64,000 nucleotides of DNA from Solirubrobacterales bacterium. Its GTDB lineage: Bacteria; Actinomycetota; Thermoleophilia; Solirubrobacterales; JBBDJG01. Under the pieces are notes generated by a model. It did not search any database and was not told the DNA's origin. It was given only the letters and a program-made list of their open reading frames with translations. The stretch covers positions 5,030-69,029 of the forward strand of contig JBBRDT010000002.1 of NCBI GenBank assembly GCA_038203635.1, in the 5' to 3' direction. The first letter of the stretch is position 1, and every line of letters begins with the position of its first letter. The translations under genes and the position numbers were made by a program. Positions 31,846-44,679 of the stretch are shown here, piece after piece.

Positions 31846-32715
31846 ATGACCGTACAAATCGGACTCCTGCTCGCGCTCGTTTGCGCCCTCGCCACGAACC
31901 TCGCGTTCCTGTGGAAGCACAAGGGCGCGACTCAGGCGCCGGACGTCGACATCCGCCACCCGCTGGGCAGCATCACCGGCCTGTTCTCGTCCAAGTGGTG
32001 GACGATCGGCTTCGCGGTGGCCCTCGGTGCGTGGGCACTGCACGTTGCCGCGCTGGCCCTGGCTCCCATCTCCCTGGTCCAGGCCGTGATCTCCGGCGGA
32101 CTCGTGTTCCTGGCAGTGCTCGCGGACCGCTGGTTCGGCTTCCACCTGGGCAAGCGGGAGTGGATGGGCGTCGCGCTGACCGCCATCGGCCTCGCGTTCC
32201 TGGGCCTCACGGTTCAGACCGGGGCGGAGGGGACGCACTCGAGCTACTCGATCTCCGGGATGATCGCCTTCGAGGGCGCCATGGTATTTCTCGGTGCGCT
32301 GCTTCTGCTCACGCACCGTGTGCAGCCTCACCATCACCACCGCGGCCTGATGCTCGGCGCCGCCGCGGGAATCCTGTTCGGGGTGTCCGACATCTCGATC
32401 AAGGCGCTCACCGGCACGGTGCCGGGCGACTTCATGTCCATCTTGAGCCCGTGGACGATGGTCGCCGTCATGGCCTCGATCGCGGCCTTCTACGCATCGG
32501 CCCGCGCCCTTCAGGTGGGTGAGGGCGTGGCCGTGATCGCGCTCACCTCGGTCGCGGCGAATCTCAGCGCCATCCTCGGCGGCATCTTCGTGTTCGGCGA
32601 CCCGATGGGTAGCGACGCGTTCGAGATCGTCGCCCGCGGCATGGCCTTCGCGATGGTGCTCGTCGCGACCGCGCTGATGCCTGCGCCCATGCGCGCAGCT
32701 TCCCGCACGGCATAG
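31846..32715 (+). CDS. DMT-superfamily (NIPA/EamA-like) integral membrane protein
   Basis: 289 aa with about 9 TM helices. ALALAPISLVQAV motif resembles NIPA-like transporters. Confidence 0.6.
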   Translation: MTVQIGLLLALVCALATNLAFLWKHKGATQAPDVDIRHPLGSITGLFSSKWWTIGFAVALGAWALHVAALALAPISLVQAVISGGLVFLAVLADRWFGFHLGKREWMGVALTAIGLAFLGLTVQTGAEGTHSSYSISGMIAFEGAMVFLGALLLLTHRVQPHHHHRGLMLGAAAGILFGVSDISIKALTGTVPGDFMSILSPWTMVAVMASIAAFYASARALQVGEGVAVIALTSVAANLSAILGGIFVFGDPMGSDAFEIVARGMAFAMVLVATALMPAPMRAASRTA

Positions 32716-32763
32716 CCGCTACAGGGCGGTCGACAAGCGCCCTGCTGCTACCCTTCCCGCCGC

Positions 32764-33159
32764 ATGCCAAGCATCAGTCAGCTGGTCCGCAAGGGCCGCA
32801 AGCCTCCGCGCAAAAAGGTCTCGACGCCCGGTCTGAAGTCCAGCCAGGGCGGCAAGCGCCGGCTCGCGGCGCCCCAGCGCAGGGGCGTGTGCACACGTGT
32901 GTACACGGCCACGCCCAAGAAACCGAACTCGGCGCTGCGCAAGGTCGCGCGAGTGCGGCTCACGAACGGGATGGAGGTGACCGCCTACATCCCGGGCGAG
33001 GGACACAACCTTCAGGAGCACTCGGTCGTGCTCGTGCGTGGCGGCCGTGTGAAGGACCTGCCGGGCGTGCGCTACAAGGTGGTGCGCGGCACGCTCGACG
33101 CGGCCGGCGTCTCGGACCGCAAGAAGGCGCGCTCGCAGTACGGCGTGAAGGCCGCTTAG
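32764..33159 (+). CDS. rpsL: 30S ribosomal protein S12
   Basis: [27 protein letters not shown] core. About 7 extra residues near the N-terminal loop. Confidence 0.98.
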   Translation: MPSISQLVRKGRKPPRKKVSTPGLKSSQGGKRRLAAPQRRGVCTRVYTATPKKPNSALRKVARVRLTNGMEVTAYIPGEGHNLQEHSVVLVRGGRVKDLPGVRYKVVRGTLDAAGVSDRKKARSQYGVKAA

Positions 33160-33165
33160 ACCCAA

Positions 33166-33636
33166 GTGCCGCGCCGCGGAGACATCGCCCCCCGGACCCT
33201 CGAGCCGGACAAGGTCTACAACAGCCGCCTGGTCCAGCAGGTGATCAACAAGGTGATGATGGGCGGGAAGAAGTCGACGGCGGAGAAGATCACCTACGAG
33301 GCGCTCGACATTCTCGCCAAGCGCACCGGCAAGGAGCCGGTGGAGGCGCTCGAGCAGTCGATCAAGACCCTGACCCCGGTACTCGAGGTCCGCTCGCGCC
33401 GGGTCGGCGGCGCCACCTACCAGGTTCCCGTCGAGGTTCCGGCCCGTCGGGCGCGCACGCTGGCGGTGCGGTGGCTGGTCGAGTTCTCACGCAGGCGCCG
33501 CGAAAAGACGATGGCCCAGCGGCTGGCCAACGAGCTTGCCGACGCGGGCGAGCAGCAGGGCGATGCTTACAAGCGGAAGGACGACATCTACCGCATGGCG
33601 CAGGCCAACAAGGCCTTCGCGCACTATCGCTGGTAG
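33166..33636 (+). CDS. rpsG: 30S ribosomal protein S7
   Basis: GTG start. Sequence and synteny. Confidence 0.98.
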   Translation: MPRRGDIAPRTLEPDKVYNSRLVQQVINKVMMGGKKSTAEKITYEALDILAKRTGKEPVEALEQSIKTLTPVLEVRSRRVGGATYQVPVEVPARRARTLAVRWLVEFSRRRREKTMAQRLANELADAGEQQGDAYKRKDDIYRMAQANKAFAHYRW

Positions 33637-33655
33637 TCCGTTGGGCCGGTCGCCC

Positions 33656-33709
33656 GGGGACCCTCCTCGGAGACCGGGAAACCGTTTTTAGTCTCCGATG
33701 AGGGTCCCC
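33656..33709 (+). terminator. Long compound hairpin after rpsG
   Basis: GGGGACCCTC..CGGAGAC (loop containing TTTTT) GTCTCCG..GAGGGTCCCC, starting 20 nt after the rpsG stop. Confidence 0.65.
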
Positions 33710-33812
33710 GGCCGCCCGGCTACGCCCCGGCGCCTCGTCGAACTTTCCCTCGTTGCACCCACCCCCCGGGTGTGAAGAGGGGAAGTTCGGGCCGTTCCGT
33801 AGCACCGCCTCC

Positions 33813-35171
33813 TTACCCACTTGGTTTACGTCTGCTCGAGTGCCGCGGGCGCCGGCCCCCCGCCTCCTCCGCAAGCTCCGCAGCGAGCGTTTCCAGATCC
33901 CGTCCGTGTGGTTCTAGCTTCACTACGGTGAAAGCGATGCCGACCAGCAGTGCGGAGGCTGCCAGGAACAGGAATGACGGCGCCAAGGCGTCGAGGGTTG
34001 CTTCGGGGTCCACCAGGTCGCCGGTGCCCGCCACCAGTGCGATGACCAGCGGGCCGATGATGCGACCGAGGCCGCTGACAGCCCAGGCGAGCCCCATCCC
34101 GTGTGTGCGGAGGCTCGTGGGGAACACCTCGGGCGTATAGGGCGCGAGGTTGGCGAAGCCCCCGTCCACGAAGAACGCGGCCGGGATCAGGGCGAGCAGG
34201 AACAGCGGCGCTCCGGCCACCTCCGTGTCGCTGCTGAACGCGGCGAGCACGAGGGGCGGCACCGCGCCGAAGCCCATTAACAGGCCGCACGTCCGGCGGC
34301 CGACCCGCTGTGGCACGAACGAGAAGAAAAGGCGCCCGGCAAACGAGCCCAGCGCGACGAGCAGGAACAGGAGCGCGGCCGTGTCGCTGCTGATGTCCAG
34401 TATGCGCTCGAGGAACGTCGGCCCCCAGAGCACCAGCCCGGAGACGGCGATCGACGCGCCCAACCACGCGAGCACGGTGACCAAGACGCTGCGGCGGTAT
34501 CGCCACAGGTCCGAGTAGGCATCGCCCGCCGACGGCGGCGTGGGCGTCTCGAGCGTGAGCTCCTCCTCGGGGCGCTCGGTCAGCCACGCGACGACCCGGC
34601 GCGCTTCTCGCAGGCGTCCCCGGTCCGCCAGCCAGCGCGGGGACTCCGGCACGTATGAGGCGATGAAGAAGACCAGCAGTATGGGCAGCAGCCCGATCGC
34701 GAACGCGATCCGCCATGGCAGCAGCGCCGCCACGATGGCGGCCACCATGATGCCCACGGGGACCATCGCGGTGGTAACGAACCCGACCACCCGGGTGCGC
34801 AGGCGTGTGGGGGTGAACTCGAGCGCTAGCGGGACGGCGATCACCGCGACGCCCGCGACTCCGGCCCCGACCACCAAGCGCAGCACAGCGATGTACCACC
34901 AGCCGCCCTCGGGAGCGAGCGCGAGCGCGCCTGTCGCCAGCGAGAAGGTGACGATGCCGGCCATCAGCGGAACCCGCCGGCCCACACGGTCCCCGAGGCG
35001 GCCCCAGACGATGCTGCCGCCGATCGCGCCGACTCCGGCACCCAGCAGCATCGCGGCGGCCTGCCCGAACGTCAGGTCCCAATCGTCGGCGAGGTCCGGG
35101 ACGACGAACGCGATCAGGAAGAAGTCGAACAGGTCCAGCACCGCGCCGACCATCACGGCTCCCGCGAGCAC
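33813..35171 (-). CDS. MFS transporter
   Basis: 452 aa, 12 TM helices. GRLGDRVGRR motif between TM2 and TM3. Confidence 0.85.
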   Translation of the reverse strand: MLAGAVMVGAVLDLFDFFLIAFVVPDLADDWDLTFGQAAAMLLGAGVGAIGGSIVWGRLGDRVGRRVPLMAGIVTFSLATGALALAPEGGWWYIAVLRLVVGAGVAGVAVIAVPLALEFTPTRLRTRVVGFVTTAMVPVGIMVAAIVAALLPWRIAFAIGLLPILLVFFIASYVPESPRWLADRGRLREARRVVAWLTERPEEELTLETPTPPSAGDAYSDLWRYRRSVLVTVLAWLGASIAVSGLVLWGPTFLERILDISSDTAALLFLLVALGSFAGRLFFSFVPQRVGRRTCGLLMGFGAVPPLVLAAFSSDTEVAGAPLFLLALIPAAFFVDGGFANLAPYTPEVFPTSLRTHGMGLAWAVSGLGRIIGPLVIALVAGTGDLVDPEATLDALAPSFLFLAASALLVGIAFTVVKLEPHGRDLETLAAELAEEAGGRRPRHSSRRKPSG

Positions 35172-35233
35172 GTAGAAACGACGCGTCAGCGGAGCCTCGT
35201 CGAGCGCCTGCAGAAAGGGCGTGCCCGCGGGCG

Positions 35234-35842
35234 TCAGGAGTCCCTTCGGCGCCGCCCCGCGCCGTGCGAGAGCTGCCAGGCGACCGCCGCCGCCCCGGCG
35301 AGGGCCAAGACCGCGCCGATCAGCTCCACCCAGAAGCCGGCCTGCGCCTCGGCCTCACCGGTCTCGATCTCGCTGGTGAGGCCCGAAGAGGTCACGTCGG
35401 GGACGTCGCCGACCAGCACGATGCCCAACGCGATCACGGCCAGCGCCACGGCGGCCCAGGCCGGCAGTCGCTGCCGCGTCGAGCGCGCGAGCAGCGCGCC
35501 GCCCGCGATCACGACGCCGATCACCCCCAGCGCCCAGGTGTGCTGGTCGGCCCCGGACTGGATCGAGCCGGCGGCGTTCGAGGTCGCGCCTCCGGGAGTC
35601 ACGATCCGATAGAGGTCCAGCGTCTCGGCGTACAGGAGCAGCAGGCCGCCCACCACGGCCAGCACGGTGGCGGCTTCCAGCGAGTGTCGGCTCAGCAAGC
35701 GGAAGGGCGCGCCCGCGGCTCGTTCGAGCGCCGCCTCCGCGGTCCGCAGGAAACCCCCGCGCGGGGATGTCGCCGGGGGCTCTGAGCCGCTCTGGGCCTG
35801 GTTTTTTGGCATCAGGCCTCTGCTATCCTTTTCGGACCTCAC
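35234..35842 (-). CDS. Hypothetical 4-TM membrane protein
   Basis: 202-aa ORF with hydrophobic segments. Alternative ATG at 35812. No family recognised. Confidence 0.5.
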   Translation of the reverse strand: MRSEKDSRGLMPKNQAQSGSEPPATSPRGGFLRTAEAALERAAGAPFRLLSRHSLEAATVLAVVGGLLLLYAETLDLYRIVTPGGATSNAAGSIQSGADQHTWALGVIGVVIAGGALLARSTRQRLPAWAAVALAVIALGIVLVGDVPDVTSSGLTSEIETGEAEAQAGFWVELIGAVLALAGAAAVAWQLSHGAGRRRRDS

Positions 35843-35961
35843 GGGCGCACCGGTTGCGCGTCCGAAGCGCTGCAGGGGAGCCGCTTCGGGGGGAATTGCC
35901 CGGGAGTCCCCGAAATGGATTCCGACCGCACATAGGTCCGCCTGCCGGCCTTCTGCAAGTC

Positions 35962-35985
35962 GGGGCCCGCGAGGGCTCCTTTTTT
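35962..35985 (+). promoter_or_regulatory. Terminator-like hairpin plus T6 in the fusA leader
   Basis: GGGGCCC GCGA GGGCTCC TTTTTT, 30 nt upstream of the fusA ATG. No upstream co-directional gene. Confidence 0.4.
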
Positions 35986-36015
35986 GCCTAGAACCAGCCG
36001 ATTCATTAGGAAGTC

Positions 36016-38124
<2,109 letters not shown>

Positions 38125-38269
38125 AGAAACGCCGGATATAGGGCCGGTTGCCCGGTTCGGCACCCGAATACAGCTATATTTTCGCGGTTGGCCCGCGTGC
38201 TGCCTCAGCGGCCACACGCCTGCCCTTGCCGTGAACCAAGCCCGTCTATCGAGACCAAGGAGCTAGACA

Positions 38270-39457
<1,188 letters not shown>

Positions 39458-39461
39458 TTCT

Positions 39462-39496
39462 GAGAGGCCGCTGGAAAGCGGCCTCTCCTGGTTTTC
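39462..39496 (+). terminator. Intrinsic terminator after tuf
   Basis: GAGAGGCCGC TGGAAA GCGGCCTCTC followed by CTGGTTTTC. Confidence 0.8.
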
Positions 39497-39531
39497 AGAA
39501 GCACGTCGGCAAGGAATTGATTGATACGACC

Positions 39532-39560
39532 GGGGCGGGGCCCTGACAGGGCCCCGCCCC
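39532..39560 (+). repeat. Perfect 12-bp palindromic hairpin flanked by a 9-bp direct repeat
   Basis: GGGGCGGGGCCC TGACA GGGCCCCGCCCC. TACGACCGG occurs at 39525-39533 and again at 39564-39572. Confidence 0.6.
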
Positions 39561-39601
39561 TAGTACGACCGGAACACAGAGAAAAGAGACAGCCGAACAC
39601 A

Positions 39602-39922
39602 TTGGCCGCAATACCTCAGAACAAAATCCGCATCAGGTTGAAGGCGTATGACCACGACGCCATCGACCGCGCGGCCGCCGAGATCGTCGAGACGGCCGAA
39701 CGCACCGGCGCGACGGTTGCCGGTCCCGTGCCGCTGCCCACGGAGAAGAACGTGTACGTCGTGATCCGCAGCCCCTTCAAGGACAAGGACTCGCGGGAGC
39801 ACTTCGAGATCCGCACGCACAAGCGGCTGATCGACATCCATCAGCCCAGTCCGAAGACGGTGGATTCGCTTCAGCGGCTGGACCACCTCCCCGCCGGAGT
39901 GGACATCGAGATCAGGCTTTGA
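39602..39922 (+). CDS. rpsJ: 30S ribosomal protein S10
   Basis: In-frame TTG at 39602 gives [18 protein letters not shown]..., matching canonical S10 length. The longer ORF start at 39521 would run through the hairpin. Confidence 0.93.
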   Translation: MAAIPQNKIRIRLKAYDHDAIDRAAAEIVETAERTGATVAGPVPLPTEKNVYVVIRSPFKDKDSREHFEIRTHKRLIDIHQPSPKTVDSLQRLDHLPAGVDIEIRL

Positions 39923-40548
39923 TGTCTGGGCTGCTGGGCAAGAAGCTGGGCATGACGCAGATCTTCACCGAAGAGGGTGAGCGGATCTCCGTGACGGTGA
40001 TCGAGGCCGGACCCTGCGCCGTGACGGCGGTGCGCGATGTCGAGCGCGATGGCTACCGCGCGGTGCAGATGGCGTTCGGTGAGACGAAGGAGGCGCGGCT
40101 GACCAAGCCGCAGCGCGGTCACCTCAAGCGCGCCGGCGTCGGCCCCCTGCGACATCTCGCCGAGTTCCGGGTCTCGAACAGCGACGATCGCGCCTACGAG
40201 ATCGGTCAGAGCCTCGGCGTCGCGGACCTCTTCGAGAAGGGGCAGCGGGTGAAGGTCAGCGGCCGGTCCAAGGGCAAGGGCTTTCAGGGCACGATCCGGC
40301 GCCACGGCTTCTCGCGTGGTCCGGTGAGCCACGGGTCGCACAACGTACGCGCGCCCGGCTCGATCGGAGCGAGTGCCACCCCGTCACACGTCATGAAGGG
40401 CACTCGGCTGCCCGGCCAGATGGGCAACAGCCGCGTCACTCAGCCGGGCCTGATGGTCGTCGACGTCGACGCCGATCGAAATCTCCTACTTCTCAAGGGC
40501 GCGGTCCCGGGGCCCGAAGGTGCCGTCGTCGAGGTACGCGATGCCTGA
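39919..40548 (+). CDS. rplC: 50S ribosomal protein L3
   Basis: Sequence and synteny. Confidence 0.98.
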   Translation: MMSGLLGKKLGMTQIFTEEGERISVTVIEAGPCAVTAVRDVERDGYRAVQMAFGETKEARLTKPQRGHLKRAGVGPLRHLAEFRVSNSDDRAYEIGQSLGVADLFEKGQRVKVSGRSKGKGFQGTIRRHGFSRGPVSHGSHNVRAPGSIGASATPSHVMKGTRLPGQMGNSRVTQPGLMVVDVDADRNLLLLKGAVPGPEGAVVEVRDA

Positions 40549-41203
40549 GACCGCACTCAGCGCCGCGCGCCTGGGCGGACAGGGCTCGGTCGAGCTCCCC
40601 GCCGACATCTTCTCCGAGCCCTTCCACAATGCAGTGGTGTACGAGGCGGTACGTGCGGAGCAGCTCGCGCGCCGCCGCGGTACCGCTTCGGCCAAGACAC
40701 GCTCCGAGGTGCGCGGCGGCGGTGCCAAGCCGTGGCGCCAGAAGGGAACCGGCCGCGCACGCGCGGGGTCGACCCGGATGCCGCACTGGACCGGCGGGGG
40801 AGTGGCGTTCGGCCCCAGCCCGCGCGGCTACACGGTGAAGGTCAATCGCCGGGCACGCAGGCGTGCCCTGCGGGCGGCGCTCAGCGTGCACGCGCGGCGC
40901 GGGAGCATCGCGGTGGTCGACGCCTCCTCATATACGGAGCCGTCGACGAGCACGGCCGTAAAGGCGCTGGACACCCTCGAGGGACCACGCAAGGTCCTCG
41001 TGCTGCTGGGCGAGGACGAGGCCGCGTGCGCGAAGTCGTTTCGCAACATCTCGCGCGTCGTGGTCCTGGAAGCGCGTGACGCCGGCGTGGCCGACGTCGT
41101 AGGGGCGCGCACGCTCGTGCTGTCCGAGGCGGCGCTTGCCGACCTCGCAAAGGTCGCGGCCGAGCCGCAGCAACGCGTCGCAGTCCAGCAGGAGGCCGCG
41201 TAG
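40541..41203 (+). CDS. rplD: 50S ribosomal protein L4
   Basis: ATG at 40541 overlaps the rplC stop. KPWRQKGTGRARAGS motif. Confidence 0.96.
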   Translation: MPETALSAARLGGQGSVELPADIFSEPFHNAVVYEAVRAEQLARRRGTASAKTRSEVRGGGAKPWRQKGTGRARAGSTRMPHWTGGGVAFGPSPRGYTVKVNRRARRRALRAALSVHARRGSIAVVDASSYTEPSTSTAVKALDTLEGPRKVLVLLGEDEAACAKSFRNISRVVVLEARDAGVADVVGARTLVLSEAALADLAKVAAEPQQRVAVQQEAA

Positions 41204-41503
41204 ATGGATTCCCGCCAAGTGCTTCGCAGTCCGGTGATCTCCGAGAAGAGCTACGCGCTGATCGCGGACAACAAGTACACCTTCCGAGTCCACTCCGACG
41301 CGCACAAGACGGCGATCCGCGCCGCCGTGGAGGAGATCTTCGGCGTACGCGTGACCCAGGTGCGCACGATGAAGATGAAGTCCAAGCCAAAGCGGCGGGG
41401 ATGGACCAAGGGCCGCACGCGCCAGTGGAAGAAGGCGATCGTCGAGCTCGCGCCCGGCGACCGCATCGAGCTGTTCGAAGGAGCGGCGGCCTCGGCCGAG
41501 TAG
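41204..41503 (+). CDS. rplW: 50S ribosomal protein L23
   Basis: Sequence and synteny. Confidence 0.97.
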   Translation: MDSRQVLRSPVISEKSYALIADNKYTFRVHSDAHKTAIRAAVEEIFGVRVTQVRTMKMKSKPKRRGWTKGRTRQWKKAIVELAPGDRIELFEGAAASAE

Positions 41504-41506
41504 CGC

Positions 41507-42346
41507 ATGGCGATCAAGAAGCACAAGCCGACAAGTCCCGCGCGCCGTTTTGCCACCTGGCTGGTGCGCGAGGAGCTGACCCGCTCGGAACCCGAGAAGT
41601 CACTCGTGAAAGGGAAGGCCAAGAGTGGGGGGCGCAACACGCACGGCCGCATCACGAGCCGGCACCGCGGTGGCGGCGCGAAGCGCCGGTACCGCCGGAT
41701 CGACTTCAAGCGCCGCAAGGACGGCGTGCCCGCGAAGGTCGCGGCGATCGAGTACGACCCCAACCGTACGGCTCACATCGCGCTGCTCCATTACAGAGAC
41801 GGCGAGAAGCGCTACATCCTCGCGCCGCAGCGTCTTACGGTGGGCATGGAGGTGAGCTCCGGCGATACGGCCGAGATCCAGGTCGGCAACTCGCTCCCGC
41901 TGGGCCGGATCCCGACGGGGACTGTGGTCCACAACGTCGAGTTGACGCCCGGCCGGGGCGGGCAACTCGGGCGTTCTGCCGGTGCTGCGATCCAGCTTGT
42001 GGCCAAGGAGGGACGTACGGCGACCCTGAGGCTGCCCTCGACTGAGATGCGCATCGTGTCGGCCGACTGCCGCGCGACGATCGGCACCATCGGCAACGCC
42101 GACCACGAGAACGTCACGATCGGCAAGGCCGGCCGCAGCCGTCACAAAGGCATCCGCCCCCAGACCCGCGGCACGGCGATGAACCCGGTCGACCACCCGC
42201 ACGGTGGTGGCGAGGGGAAGACCACGGCCGGCCGCCATCCTGTGACGCCGTGGGGCGTTCCGACGCTCGGCTACCGCACGCGCAAGAAGGGCAAGCAGTC
42301 CGACAAGTACATCGTGCGCGGCCGGCGCAGAGGGAAGAGGCGATAG
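41507..42346 (+). CDS. rplB: 50S ribosomal protein L2
   Basis: Sequence ([18 protein letters not shown]) and synteny. Confidence 0.99.
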   Translation: MAIKKHKPTSPARRFATWLVREELTRSEPEKSLVKGKAKSGGRNTHGRITSRHRGGGAKRRYRRIDFKRRKDGVPAKVAAIEYDPNRTAHIALLHYRDGEKRYILAPQRLTVGMEVSSGDTAEIQVGNSLPLGRIPTGTVVHNVELTPGRGGQLGRSAGAAIQLVAKEGRTATLRLPSTEMRIVSADCRATIGTIGNADHENVTIGKAGRSRHKGIRPQTRGTAMNPVDHPHGGGEGKTTAGRHPVTPWGVPTLGYRTRKKGKQSDKYIVRGRRRGKRR

Positions 42347-42361
42347 TGGTGGCCCCCCCCC

Positions 42362-42530
42362 GGACGTCCCGCGCGAAATGGCGGCCGTCGGATGCCGCCA
42401 TGCGGCGTCCTCGGTCGGCGCAATGGCACCGCCATTGCACCCTCCAGGCGCCGCCAGGCGCCGTGCGAGCGCGAAGCGCGAGATCCTTGCGTGGCGACCC
42501 CGACGCCGCGCCATTTCACGCGCGACGCCC
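42362..42530. repeat. Inverted-repeat-flanked structured insert between rplB and rpsS
   Basis: A 22-nt segment (42362-42383) is complementary to 42509-42530 at 19 of 22 positions. Internal hairpins ATGGCGGC/GCCGCCAT and GCAATGGC/GCCATTGC, plus tandem CCAGGCGCCG x2. Confidence 0.55.
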
Positions 42531-42546
42531 GGATGAGGACCACTAG

Positions 42547-42828
<282 letters not shown>

Positions 42829-42830
42829 CG

Positions 42831-43496
42831 ATGGCGGACGAGAAAGACAAGCAGGACAAGGAGCCGCCGGCGGCCAAGAAGCCCGCCGCGAAAAAGCCCG
42901 CCGCCGAAAAGAAGCCGGCCGCCGCAAAGAAACCGGCTGCGAAGCCGAGGGCGCGCAAGGCCGCTGCCGCGAAGGCCGAGCCGGCCGAGCAGAAGACGAC
43001 GGCCGAGGCCAAGGAGACGACGACCGAGCCCAAGCCTGCCCGCAAGCCTGCCGCGCGCCGGTCCGCTGCGAAGAAACCTGCTCCGAAGGACAAGGCTCCG
43101 GCGAAGGCCGAGTCGCCGAAGGCGGAACCCGCGCGCAAGCCCGCGCTGCCCCAACGTCCGCTGGTGCGCGCACAGGCGAAGTACGTGCGGTCCTCGGCGC
43201 GCAAGGCACGGCTGGTCATGGATCACGTGCGCGGACGCCCGGTCGCCGACGCACGCGCCCTGCTGCGTCACAGCCCGCGTGGCGTCGCGCGCGACGTGGA
43301 GCGGCTGCTGAACTCGGCGATCGCCAACGCGGAGAACAACCATGACCTCGTGGGCGACGATCTTTACGTCAAGGAGATCTACGCTGATGAGGGCCCGACG
43401 CTGCGCCGCTTCCGCCCGCGGGCGCAGGGGCGCGCGACGCGTATTCGCAAGCGCACGAGCCATCTGACCGTCGGGCTATCGACGAAGGAGACTTAA
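42831..43496 (+). CDS. rplV: 50S ribosomal protein L22 with a Lys/Ala/Pro-rich N-terminal extension
   Basis: ATG at 42831, 3 nt after the rpsS stop. About 105 aa of [11 protein letters not shown]-type repeats, then the L22 core ([14 protein letters not shown]...). Confidence 0.9.
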   Translation: MADEKDKQDKEPPAAKKPAAKKPAAEKKPAAAKKPAAKPRARKAAAAKAEPAEQKTTAEAKETTTEPKPARKPAARRSAAKKPAPKDKAPAKAESPKAEPARKPALPQRPLVRAQAKYVRSSARKARLVMDHVRGRPVADARALLRHSPRGVARDVERLLNSAIANAENNHDLVGDDLYVKEIYADEGPTLRRFRPRAQGRATRIRKRTSHLTVGLSTKET

Positions 43497-44264
43497 GTGG
43501 GACAGAAGGTTCATCCAGAGGGATTCCGGGTCGGCTACATTCACGATTGGAAGTCGAACTGGTTCAACGAGCGCGAGTTCGCCGACTACCTGCTCGAGGA
43601 CATCAAGATCCGCGAGCACATCGAGGGGAAGCTCGGGCATGCCGGCCTGTCCGACATCCGCATCCGCAAGGACAAGAACGAGGTCACCGTGGACATTCAC
43701 ACGGCCCGGCCCGGAATCGTGATCGGCAAGTCCGGCAGCGAGGTCGACGCGCTGCGCCGCGACCTCCACAAGATGACGTCGAAGCAGGTGCGGGTGAACA
43801 TCCTCGAGGTCAAGCGCCCGGAGCTGGACGCGAAGCTCGTGGCCCAGTCGATCGCCGAGCAGCTCCAGAACAGGGTGGCGTTCCGACGCGCGATGAAGCG
43901 CGCCCTGACGTCCGCAATGCGCTCCGGCGCCACCGGTGTGCGGGTACAGGTGTCCGGGCGGCTCGGCGGTGCGGAGATGGCACGCACGGAGGGCTACTCG
44001 GACGGCCGGGTCCCGTTGCACACGCTGCGTGCGGACATCGACTACGGGCTGTACGAGGCGAAGACCACTCACGGGCGCATCGGCGTCAAGTGCTGGATCA
44101 ACAAGGGCGAGGTCATGCCCGAGGGCTACCTCACGACCGACGGCGTCGACTCGCCGCTACCCCAGCGTGGACGCGGGTCGCGTGCGCGTGGCGCCGGCGA
44201 CGGGCAGTCCGGCCAGGGCGGCGGGGATTCCAGGCGCGGCGGCGGCGGGCGGAGAGGCCGTTAG
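43497..44264 (+). CDS. rpsC: 30S ribosomal protein S3
   Basis: GTG start immediately after the rplV stop. KH domain sequence. Arg/Gly-rich C-terminal tail. Confidence 0.98.
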   Translation: MGQKVHPEGFRVGYIHDWKSNWFNEREFADYLLEDIKIREHIEGKLGHAGLSDIRIRKDKNEVTVDIHTARPGIVIGKSGSEVDALRRDLHKMTSKQVRVNILEVKRPELDAKLVAQSIAEQLQNRVAFRRAMKRALTSAMRSGATGVRVQVSGRLGGAEMARTEGYSDGRVPLHTLRADIDYGLYEAKTTHGRIGVKCWINKGEVMPEGYLTTDGVDSPLPQRGRGSRARGAGDGQSGQGGGDSRRGGGGRRGR

Positions 44265-44678
44265 ATGCTGAGCCCCAAGCGCGTCAAGCACCGCAAGCAG
44301 CACCGCGGGCGACGAGCCGGCATGTCGAAGGGCGGCACCACCGTGCAGTTCGGCGAGTACGGCTTGAAGTCGCTGGACGCCGCCTGGATCACGGACCGGC
44401 AGATCGAAGCGGCTCGTATCGCGATGACCCGCAAGATCAAGCGCGGTGGGAAGGTCTGGATCAACATGTTTCCGGACAAGCCGGTGACCAAGAAGCCGGC
44501 CGAGACCAGGATGGGGTCCGGCAAGGGGTCGCCCGAGTTCTGGGTGGCGGTGGTGAAGCCCGGCCGCGTGATGTTCGAGCTGGCCGGCGTCCCGGAGGAC
44601 CTGGCCCGTGAGGCGATGCGCCTGGCCGGCCACAAGCTCCCCGTACACACCAAGTTCGTGATGCGCGAGGACCAATAA
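44265..44678 (+). CDS. rplP: 50S ribosomal protein L16
   Basis: Sequence and synteny. Confidence 0.98.
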   Translation: MLSPKRVKHRKQHRGRRAGMSKGGTTVQFGEYGLKSLDAAWITDRQIEAARIAMTRKIKRGGKVWINMFPDKPVTKKPAETRMGSGKGSPEFWVAVVKPGRVMFELAGVPEDLAREAMRLAGHKLPVHTKFVMREDQ

Positions 44679-44679
44679 T

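Noticed and set aside
38125-38269. Possible sigma-70-type promoter (TTGCCC ... TATATT) between fusA and tuf
   Set aside because: The spacing between the candidate -35 and -10 hexamers is about 21 nt, too long. Nothing supports it beyond hexamer resemblance.
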